From NCBI GenBank assembly GCA_026936335.1, contig JAPMXV010000028.1, positions 26,381-90,380 of the forward strand: 64,000 nucleotides of DNA, written 5' to 3'. This document shows, in pieces, positions 22,636 to 31,485 of this stretch; the stretch's first letter is position 1; every line of letters begins with the position of its first letter. A program made the position numbers and the translations under genes. The notes under the pieces are model-generated. The model had not been told where the DNA came from, did not search any database, and worked only from the letters and a program-made list of their open reading frames with translations. Source of the stretch: Mantamonas sphyraenae STR306. Taxonomy: Eukaryota; Protista; CRuMs.

Positions 22636-25600
22636 AACGGCCAAGGGCTCCAAGTCGTGTGTGCTGCTGTGAGTTGATGGATGCAAGGGGACCAGAAGAA
22701 ACTGTGGCTGGCCGCGGGTGAGAAAGTGGAATGAAAGGCGCACCGAGTGTGAGATTGGCTTCGCAGTGCACAGAAGAGCACCGCACACTGAATGCAAGCG
22801 ACCTGAAAGCGGGTTTGGCCACACGAAGGGTTGTCATTGCGCATGGGCGGGCATCAAAAAAACAAAAAAAACCGTCTCTTTTGAGATTCGCTTGCACGCC
22901 GGATCGTCACCAAGAAAGACAAAACACCAACTGTTGAACGAGTCTGTACTCTCAAACACACCAACAAACCCCGTGCTTAGGCAAGAAAGCAAAAACCTAT
23001 TTCTTTCAAGAAACCAACCAACACCAAGAAGAATGTCGTCTGAAGGCAAGCAGCAGCAGTCGCAGGCCCAGCAGGGTCAGGGTCAACAGGGCCAGTCGCA
23101 GTTCCAGTCTCCGTCTCTGTACGTGGGCGATCTGCACCCGGACGTGACGGAGGCAGTTCTCTTTGAGCTGTTTTCGCAGGCCGGCACGGTGCAGAGCATT
23201 CGCGTGTGCCGTGACTCGATTACGCGCCGTTCTCTCGGCTACGCGTACATCAACTACCAGTCGACGATGGATGGTAGGTTTATGCGGAGGCAGTACAACG
23301 TGCAGTGTGCATCGGATGGGATGGCGTACGAGGTGTGAGAGAGTGCATGGGTGCGTGTGCGGTGGGGGCAGGGTTTGGTGAGGAATGGCCCTTCGCAAGA
23401 ACGCTTTCCGGGTAAGGCAGCGGAGGAAGCGGTCCGGGGCCGAATGCAGGCGGAGGAGGCAGAGGCAGAGGGGACAAGAGACGGATTCGGGAGGAGGCAG
23501 GGTGTGGGCAGAGCATGGGGTGTACGGGTTGCATGAGGGAGCAAGGTGGTGAGCGGGGTAGCAGCGGGCAGAAGTGCATTTTTTCGTGGACGGTGGAAAA
23601 ATTTGCATGTCCGCTGGAGTGAACGGCAAAGGGCAAAGAGAATGGGTGTGTAGCAATGACTGACACAACAACAACGGGTGTGGCCTGGTATGAACACACA
23701 TGACCCCATGGAATGCATGGCGCGTACATGACACACACACACCACACACACACCACACAGCCGAGCGTGCTCTGGACACGCTGAACTTTACGTCGATCAA
23801 CGGACAGCCGTGCCGTGTGATGTGGTCGCACCGTGACCCGAGCCAGCGCAAGAGCGGCCAGGGCAACATCTTTATCAAGAACCTGGACGAGTCGATCAAC
23901 AACAAGGCGCTGTACGACGTGTTCAGCTCGTTCGGAAACATCCTGAGCGCCAAGGTGGCGATGGACCAGCAGGGCAACAGCAAGGGCTACGGCTTTGTGC
24001 AGTTTGACAGCGACGAAGGAGCGCAGAAGGCCATCGACAAGGTGAACGGCATGCTTCTGAACGACAAGAAGGTGTTTGTGGGCCCGTTTGTGCCGAAGAA
24101 GGAGAGGCAGAAGAACGGCGAGCGCAACTTTACCAATGTGTACGTGAAGAACGTGGCACTGGCGGTGACGGAGGAGGAGCTGGAGGAGCTGTTCAGCAAG
24201 TACGGCGAGATCACGTCCCTGGTGATCATGCAGAAGAAGGTGAAGGCCAGCGTGGCACAGAAGCTGCTGGAGGGCAAGGGCAACTCGGAGGGGGAAGAGG
24301 ACGGCGAAGGAGAGGAGGAGGAGGAAGAGGGCGAGGAGGGCAAGAAGGAGGGCGAAGAGGGCGAGAAGGAGGAGGCAGGCGCAGATGATGAGGAGATGGT
24401 GACGGTGTCGCGGGGCTTTGGGTTTGTGAACTTCAAGGAGACGTCGGCAGCACGTGCAGCAGTGGACGAGCTGGACGGATTCGAGCTGAAGGGACAGGCA
24501 TTGACGGTGACGCGTGCGCAGAAGAAGAGCGAGCGCCAGCAGGAGCTGCAGAAGAAGTTCCAGCAGATGCGTGAGGAGCGTCTGAACCGATACCAGGGCG
24601 TGAACGTGTACGTGAAGAACCTGGACGACGCAGTGGACGACCAGAAGCTGCGGGAAGAGTTTGCACCGTTTGGAACGATCACGAGCTCCAAGGTGATGGT
24701 GGACGAGAAGGGCAACTCGAAGGGCTTTGGGTTTGTGTGCTTCTCGTCTGCTGAGGAGGCGACCAAGGCAGTGACGGACATGAACGGCAAGCACATCGGA
24801 CAGAAGCCGATCTACGCGGCTCTGGCTCAGCGCAAGGAGGTGCGCCGTGCACAGCTGGAGGCGCAGCATGCGCAGCGTCAGAACGCGCTGCGCATCCAGC
24901 AGCAGGGGAACATGCAGCAGCAGAACCAGATGTATGCGCAGCAGGCACAGATGTTCTACCAGCAGCAGGCACAGCAGCAGATGGGACCGAACGGACGTCT
25001 GGTGTACAACGTGGTGCCGCAGTTTGGACGTGGGCAGGGTCAGCAGGGCCAGCAGCAGGGATTTGTGGTGCCGCAGCAGCAGCAGCAGGCTCAGCAGCAG
25101 CAACGCCAACAGCGCAACCCGAACCAGAACGTGCAGAGGCAGCAGGGTGGACAGCAGCAGGGTGGACAGCAGCAGCAGGGTGGCGAGGGTGACAGCATGG
25201 AGGCACTGACGATCACGGAGCTGACGTCTGCAAGCCCCGCCGAGCAGAAGGACATGCTGGGCGACCGTCTGTTCCCGCTGGTGAACGACCTGGAGGAGAT
25301 CCCGGACATGGACACGGCCGCCAAGATCACAGGCATGCTTCTGGAGATGGACAACTTTGAGCTGCTCCATCTGCTGGAGGTGCCCGAGGCACTGGCAGCC
25401 AAGGTTGGCGAGGCGCAGAAGGTGCTGCAGGCTCACATGCAGCAGCAGGGCGGTGAGCAGTAAGGAGGCTGCTGCGGAGGAGAGAGGAGGAGGAGGAGGA
25501 GGAGGAGGAGGAAGGTGGGGAGGGCAACCGGGAATTGGCACGGCGGCCAGGCACGCTGGAGAACACTCTGGGATGACAAGGAGTGGCTTGTGTGTGACCT

Positions 25601-26342
25601 GTGAGGCAGGGTGCAGCCCGGCCAAGGCTGGTTTTTGGGTGGGACGTGAGGAGAGGAGTTTGGGAGAGGGTGGCGGAGGAGGGAGGGAGGGGCACACAGG
25701 ACAGGTGTCCAGGTGCATGGCGGGTGTTTTGGCCAAGTGCTTTGTGGGGACATGCAGAGATGAAGGAGCCCAACAACAAGAAAGGCGGGGGCGAGCGGCG
25801 GCGAGGAAGCCACAAGCCAATGAGCAACGATGAGCGATGACGAACGGTGGGCAGAGCGTATGGCGCACTAGGGTGTGCGAGAGTGATGCACATGGTGGGA
25901 ATCGCAGGTGCTCGGCAAGGCGGAGGCGAGGGGGCTCGCACGCGCAGGAGGAGCGCGCGGTCGGACGGCGGAGCAACAAGAGCAACCCGAGAACACGAAC
26001 GAGCGCGTAGGGTGAGATCAAGAAGCATGACCAGGAAGCAGGAGGCACTTTTGTGTCTGCATCTGGGTGACTAGGGTGGGGTGTGGAGGGAGGAAGGGGA
26101 GGGGGAGGGGGACGGAGGGATGGGAGATGGGAGGAAAGAGAGCGGGAAGGAGCACAGGATGGCCTCGAAGCATGAGCTACGGAGCACAAGAACAAGAGAT
26201 GCACAAGTGGCGGCGTGGAGAGGCCAAGGGAGAGACACGGGCAGTGAAGAGAGGTGAGATGTGGAGGAGTGGAGAAGAGATGTGTGGTGACGAGAGTGAG
26301 AATGGTGAAATGGAGCGTCCATCCACAGCAACAACGAGGTGA

Positions 26343-26374
<32 letters not shown>

Positions 26375-26531
26375 GGGGTGGGGATGGGGGCGTGGGTGTG
26401 TCGTTCATTTGGGCGATGGGCAGGGCGGCCGGAGCAGCGTCGGACGCTCAGGGTCAGAGAAGCTGAAAGACAACAAACCATGACACCCCGTTGAGGAGAA
26501 GATAGCCGACGCGAGCAAAGAAGGAGAATCC
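22636..26531. repeat. Left arm of a ~3.9-kb inverted duplication (pairs with 31486-35373)
   Basis: Reverse-complement match from AACGGCCAAGGGC (22636 to 35373) to AAGGAGAATCC (26531 to 31486). The ORF track shows mirrored identical translations. Confidence 0.97.
23033..25463 (+). CDS. PABP: Cytoplasmic poly(A)-binding protein, copy 1 (4 RRM + Q-rich linker + MLLE)
   Basis: Motifs [61 protein letters not shown] and [11 protein letters not shown]...[12 protein letters not shown]. Intron at 23274-23760. Confidence 0.97.
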
Positions 26532-27980
26532 TCGCCGGCGAGGAAACCAGGCCAAAGTGGCAAAGGTAAGTAGCACGGCAAAGGCATAGACAAGGAGATG
26601 TGTTTTGCGGTGGGGCAACCTGCAGATGGAATAACTTAATCGCACTCTGCTGTGTGCATCCGAAGAGATGGACAAAAGGCCGACCATGGGGCGGTCTTGT
26701 CCTTGCAGCCAGCTGAAAGTGCCTACGGTATGTTCTGTGGCGCCCGAGGTGTGTTGATGACGGCAATGATCGTGGTCGTCTCCGGAGAACACATGCGAGG
26801 GCCGGATATGCTTGAGAATAGCCTCAGTGGTAGGTTTGCTGAGCAGGTTTTCGTACGAGACACCCATGCCATAGTGGAGTGGAATCGAGTCTCGTTCGCT
26901 GCCACACTGTTGCTCCCCGGGCTCCCTGTGCAGGGGGACGTGTGTAAGCAAGACACGCGGCTGCATGCACCGAGGGTCAGATTGTCGACGAAGAGTTGCA
27001 TGGCAGGACGAATCGAGGATAAAGTGCTCCGTAGCGTTGCTGCCAGCCCGCGGAGAGTCCACGTAGTCGAGACAGGAGGCACAGATGGCCACAAAGGAGA
27101 CATTGAAGAGGGAAACCTCATAGTTGAGGGGTGCAAAGTGAGTGCGGTAGTTCTCCACGCTACGCTGGGTCTGCCAGCGGTCAAAGCCCACGTCGTGGTT
27201 CCCCGGGATGAAAAGCACCTTTGGGTGCGACTGTGGACGTGTATCCATGCCAACGCAACCAGGAAACACCCGCGTGAACCGCTGATACTCATGTTCGTAC
27301 TCTGCTGTGCCCCAAACGCGTCCTCCGTCAAAAAGATCTCCCAGGAAGATGATGGCGTCGGGGTCCAAAACCCCAGTCACCGCTGCAAAGCCTCGACGCA
27401 TGTACTGATCCGAAAAGTGCTGCACGAGTTGCAACAGCACATGGCTTTCGATTCCGTACGAGTAAGCGTCGGTGAGCTGAGGGTCTGCGACCAGAGCAAT
27501 GTGTTTGGAGCGCCAAGGTCGTTGCGCAAGCTGTGCTTCGTTTGCAAGGCGTCTGTGTCCAAACAAAGTGTTTCCGAATGCTTGATTGGACGTGTCACTT
27601 TGTCTCATCTCATCACGCAGCTGTTCAATGGATTCTTCACTGTTGGCACGTCCCTGTTGGGCCTGGATCCGCTCGTGCAACTCGGAAAGGGGGATGGTCT
27701 CTTCCTCGGCCCCTGGCCAGTGGCAAGTGAACATTGCCGCCGGATAGACCAGCCATTCGATGTAAAGGACAATCAAAAACCAAGAACACAGCAAAACCAG
27801 GAGAGGGCGGTCACGTGCCAACTTGCCAGCCCGTGTGGCATGTCTAGGACGCACGGAGCGCTCTTTCAGCCCGTTCTGGTCTTCCTGCACATCCTGTCGC
27901 ACCACTGGCAGTTCAAACACAACGTCACCATCCCTCGGGGAGGAACCTTGGATATGGCGTCGCGAGGTTGCCGAGCGCAT
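26454..27980 (-). CDS. Membrane metallophosphoesterase of the MPPE1/PGAP5/Cdc1 family
   Basis: Calcineurin-like motifs ADPQL.D, FLGDLFDGG, PGNHDVG, LLTHVPL and FSGDDHD, with N- and C-terminal TM segments. First ATG at 27980. Confidence 0.88.
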   Translation of the reverse strand: MRSATSRRHIQGSSPRDGDVVFELPVVRQDVQEDQNGLKERSVRPRHATRAGKLARDRPLLVLLCSWFLIVLYIEWLVYPAAMFTCHWPGAEEETIPLSELHERIQAQQGRANSEESIEQLRDEMRQSDTSNQAFGNTLFGHRRLANEAQLAQRPWRSKHIALVADPQLTDAYSYGIESHVLLQLVQHFSDQYMRRGFAAVTGVLDPDAIIFLGDLFDGGRVWGTAEYEHEYQRFTRVFPGCVGMDTRPQSHPKVLFIPGNHDVGFDRWQTQRSVENYRTHFAPLNYEVSLFNVSFVAICASCLDYVDSPRAGSNATEHFILDSSCHATLRRQSDPRCMQPRVLLTHVPLHREPGEQQCGSERDSIPLHYGMGVSYENLLSKPTTEAILKHIRPSHVFSGDDHDHCRHQHTSGATEHTVGTFSWLQGQDRPMVGLLSISSDAHSRVRLSYSICRLPHRKTHLLVYAFAVLLTFATLAWFPRRRGFSFFARVGYLLLNGVSWFVVFQLL

Positions 27981-28069
27981 GTCCGAGGGGGTTGCGTAGT
28001 GGTTGTTGGCGCAATGGTGCGGCAGCTCCACCAGCCGCCCCACCCTGGAATCCACTCACAGTTCCGTGC

Positions 28070-29341
28070 ATGAGCCAGCCCGTTGCCGACATTGGCTCGC
28101 TCTTTGCAGCGTCTGCATCGGCCATTGCACAGGTGTTTGTGGTCTGCCTCTTGGGTTTCCTCGTTGCCAAGAAGGGCATGTTTGACGAGGCTCAACAAAG
28201 GTTCACCAGCTCCCTCATCTTCAATGTCTTTCTCCCTGGACTCCTCTTTGGCAACATTGCACGTGCCCTTTCGCCCGAGAAGCTCGCGCTTCTGTGGATT
28301 TTCCCCGTGTGTTCCTTCCTCTACATGGCCCTCTCATCCCTCATGGCTACTCTCCTGTTTGAGCGTCTGTTTCCTGGTCCTGACCGAGCGCTCTCCAGTG
28401 CCTTTGTCGTCGCCTCGAGCGTGCAGAACCAGGGGTACTTGCCGTTGGCGATCGTCGCAGCCGTTGCCGGTCCCGGCAGACCCTTTTCCGAAGAGGAAGG
28501 CGCAGAGGGCATTGCCTTCATTTCCATGTTTTTCATTCTGGGCTCATTTGGCCTTTGGGCGTGGGGCTTCAACCGCATCTCCTCGCGCAAAGAACACACA
28601 GAGACCGAAAGCGCTGGCCGCGACACTTCCATCCTGGGAATTGCCAAGGATCTGTGCACCAAACCACCCATTGTGGCCATGTTCTTGTCGCCGCTTGGCC
28701 TTATCCCCGGATTCAACGATCTGCTCTTTGGTCCTGGAGGTGGGCTTCAGTGGCTCGGCTCCGCAATCGACTCCCTGGGCCAAGGAGCCATCCCGCTCAG
28801 CCTGCTCGTGCTCGGCGGCAACCTCGCCTTTGTTCCGCTGCCTCCCAAGTGGACACAGTGGATGCATCGTCGGCCTACGCGCAATGCCTCGGTGCAGCCT
28901 GCAGCAATGTCCACCGTCGAGGCGCTGCCGGTGGTTTCGTCGAAAGAGGCTGCCGCGTGGACGGATTCTGCAGACGAGATCGAGCAGGAGCTGAACGATG
29001 AGCAGGAAGATGGGCAACCCGCTAAACGCAAGCAACTGCAGCTGACAGCAGGGAATTTTGCAAGTGTCATGGGCATCCGGTACCTGTTCGCGCCGGGTGT
29101 GGCCTTTTCCCTCGTCCAGCTGGTTCTGCTGTTGCCCTTTGTCGACACCACAAATCGAATGGTTAAATTTGTGCTTTTGATTGAAGGTGTGACCCCCACG
29201 GCCATGAACATGGCTGTGTTGACCCAACTGACACACACAGGGGAGCTGGAAGTTTCTGCCCTCATGTTTGTACAGTACGTCAGCGGAATCATCATTCTCA
29301 CCCTATGGACGTTTCTCATTCTCGTATACAGCACCCAGTGA
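28070..29341 (+). CDS. Auxin efflux carrier/PILS-like (Mem_trans) transporter
   Basis: Two multi-TM halves. Motifs F.VFLPGLLF, N.GYLPLAIV, PPIVA, LGQGAIPLSLLVLGGNL and FVLLIE..TPTAMN. Confidence 0.85.
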   Translation: MSQPVADIGSLFAASASAIAQVFVVCLLGFLVAKKGMFDEAQQRFTSSLIFNVFLPGLLFGNIARALSPEKLALLWIFPVCSFLYMALSSLMATLLFERLFPGPDRALSSAFVVASSVQNQGYLPLAIVAAVAGPGRPFSEEEGAEGIAFISMFFILGSFGLWAWGFNRISSRKEHTETESAGRDTSILGIAKDLCTKPPIVAMFLSPLGLIPGFNDLLFGPGGGLQWLGSAIDSLGQGAIPLSLLVLGGNLAFVPLPPKWTQWMHRRPTRNASVQPAAMSTVEALPVVSSKEAAAWTDSADEIEQELNDEQEDGQPAKRKQLQLTAGNFASVMGIRYLFAPGVAFSLVQLVLLLPFVDTTNRMVKFVLLIEGVTPTAMNMAVLTQLTHTGELEVSALMFVQYVSGIIILTLWTFLILVYSTQ

Positions 29342-29381
29342 CGGCATCCAGTCAAAAATGCACTTCAATTTCATTTCAGTT

Positions 29382-30252
29382 TCAATTTTGCAGCTGCTGC
29401 AATCTTGCCTCCAACGCGTGCACTTTGCTCTCCAACAGCGCCACTCTCGCTTCAAGTTCAATCTGGCTCTCTTCCGGCACATCCTCTACGGCATCTTTCA
29501 CGACGTTGCTGCTACTGCTCTTGGTTTCACCCAGGTGTTCGTCGAAAAAGGATTGCAGCTCCGGCACCGTCTTGCCCTTTGTGTAGGGCACGGTTTCCTC
29601 CCCAGTGAACAGTTTGATGGTGGGGTACGCTTGTACGCTGTTGCGCTGGCAGAACTGCTTCTGCTCGTCAGTGCCCGAGCAGTGACACTCCGCAAACACA
29701 ACCCGGTCGGCAAAGTGAGCCGCCAACTTTTGGTAGTCCTTCTTCAGTGCCTTGCAGTGGGTACACCACTCCTCGTAGAACTTCATCAACACAGGCTTTC
29801 CCGTCTTGTCGATGCCATCAAAAAGATCCAGCGAGCTGGTAAACACCTGCACGGGGTCCACAGAGGGTGCGGGCGCCATCTTGAACCGGATAAACTCTTC
29901 GATGGTTTGGGGATCCTGTGCCAGCTGATACTTTCTCAATTCCACTCTCGGTGGTGCTGATGAACAGGTGAGGATAGTCCTGAAAGCCAGCCTCTTGGAT
30001 GTCGTTGCGATTTTCCGGACGCGTGGCGTCGCACTTGTAGAACGGAAGCACCGTGTGCAGCTTCTCCGAAAGTGGCTCCAGCATCCTCACCGTATCCAAA
30101 CTTGATGGGTGGTCGCTGCTGTAGAACACCACAAACTTGGGCTGATTGGACGTCTTCAACGACGAAAAGGACTGCTCAACCACAGCCGCTCGGGCCTTCT
30201 GGACGCAAAGCACATTCAACAAGAGCACCAGTGTGACCACAAACACAGCCAT
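29382..30252 (-). CDS. Signal-peptide-bearing two-domain thioredoxin/PDI-like protein (WCTHC active site, C-terminal coiled coil); one apparent +1 indel near 29931
   Basis: MAVFVVTLVLLLNVLC signal, then a Cys-less Trx-like domain (KFVVFYS...YPHL), then KFYEEWCTHCK...VQAYPTIKLF. ORFs 29818-30555 and 29382-29945 join by removing one A from GAGAAAG. Confidence 0.8.
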
Positions 30253-30334
30253 GTGACTTGGCGCCTTTCCAACAGGGTTGGTTGCTGTGTGCAGGCCAAT
30301 GCGCTTCTTCGACCACAACTCCGTGAGTGACCCC

Positions 30335-31459
30335 ATGTTTGCGCGCAGTTCTGGTGGCCGTCGCGCATGTCTGCCCACCTGTCTGTCGCTCCGCCGTGGA
30401 ATGTCTACGCTGGTCAACACAGAGGATGACAAGAAGATCAACGACCTCGTCGAGGGGGTTGTCAACGGCAACCGGACGGCGTTGAGCAGAGCAATCACTC
30501 TTGTGGAGTCCACCAAATGGGCACACATGTCCAACGCCTCCCTCATGATGACCAAGCTACTTCAATACCGCAATGAGCAGTTGGATGCCAACGAACAGTC
30601 CCCTGCAGTGCGCATTGGCATCTCTGGTTCTCCAGGAGTCGGGAAGAGCACTTTTATCAACCGCTTTGGCTCGTACTTGACTGGAAAGGGACACAAGGTG
30701 GCCGTCATGGCTGTTGACCCCACCTCTTCACTCACAGGTGGCTCCATTATGGGAGACAAGACCCGCATGATCGATTTGGCACGCGATCCCAACGCGTTTG
30801 TCCGGCCGTCCAAAACCGCCGGCACGTTGGGAGGAGTGGGTCGAAACACAAACGAGACCATTCTACTATTTGAAGCGGCTGGATACGACACAGTGCTCGT
30901 GGAAACGGTTGGTGTGGGCCAGAGTGAGGTCGCCGTTGCGCAGATGACGGACACTTTCCTCCTGCTGATGTCTCCGGGCACGGGCGACGAGCTCCAGGGA
31001 ATCAAGCGCGGCATCATGGAGCTTGCCGATGTGATTGTTGTCAACAAGGCAGACGGGGAACTTGAGAACGCAGCCCGCATCACAGCCAGCGAGTTTATGC
31101 GCGCTTTAAAGTTCCAACGACCCCGAACCAAGTTTTGGACGCCTCAGGTGCTGCGAGTGTCGGCTCTCAACGAGAGCAGCGAAGAGCGTGTGAACAACAT
31201 GGACGACGTGTGGAACACACTCCTCGACATGCACTCGCTGATGGTCGACAACGGATTCCTGGACAGCAATCGCGCAAAGCAACGCATCCAATGGATGCAC
31301 AAGTATCTCCAGGACACGGTGATGGACAGACTCCTTCGCAGCGACGACAATGCCGTTCTCGTCAAATCCATCGAGAGCGATTTGGCAAAGGGGCTTGTGT
31401 CTCCGCGCTTTGCCGCTGAGTCTCTCTTCACCAAACTTGGCATGGGCGCGCCCCAGTAA
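30335..31459 (+). CDS. MMAA: MMAA/MeaB GTPase chaperone of methylmalonyl-CoA mutase, mitochondrial
   Basis: Motifs ALSRAITLVES, RIGISGSPGVGKST, AVDPTS...GGSIMGDKTRM, VETVGVGQSE and GDELQGIKRGIMELAD..VVNKAD. The N-terminus is Arg/Ser-rich. Confidence 0.95.
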   Translation: MFARSSGGRRACLPTCLSLRRGMSTLVNTEDDKKINDLVEGVVNGNRTALSRAITLVESTKWAHMSNASLMMTKLLQYRNEQLDANEQSPAVRIGISGSPGVGKSTFINRFGSYLTGKGHKVAVMAVDPTSSLTGGSIMGDKTRMIDLARDPNAFVRPSKTAGTLGGVGRNTNETILLFEAAGYDTVLVETVGVGQSEVAVAQMTDTFLLLMSPGTGDELQGIKRGIMELADVIVVNKADGELENAARITASEFMRALKFQRPRTKFWTPQVLRVSALNESSEERVNNMDDVWNTLLDMHSLMVDNGFLDSNRAKQRIQWMHKYLQDTVMDRLLRSDDNAVLVKSIESDLAKGLVSPRFAAESLFTKLGMGAPQ

Positions 31460-31485
31460 AAACGAACCCATCAGCAAGGAAATGT

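Noticed and set aside
22586-31484. AAGGAAATG present near both breakpoints (22586 and 31476)
   Set aside because: Only 9 bp, in direct orientation and at different distances from the junctions, so it cannot be distinguished from chance.
26532-31485. The four cassette genes as a single pathway or a bacterial operon
   Set aside because: They have alternating orientation, eukaryotic targeting signals and unrelated functions (GPI remodelling, transport, redox, B12 chaperone).
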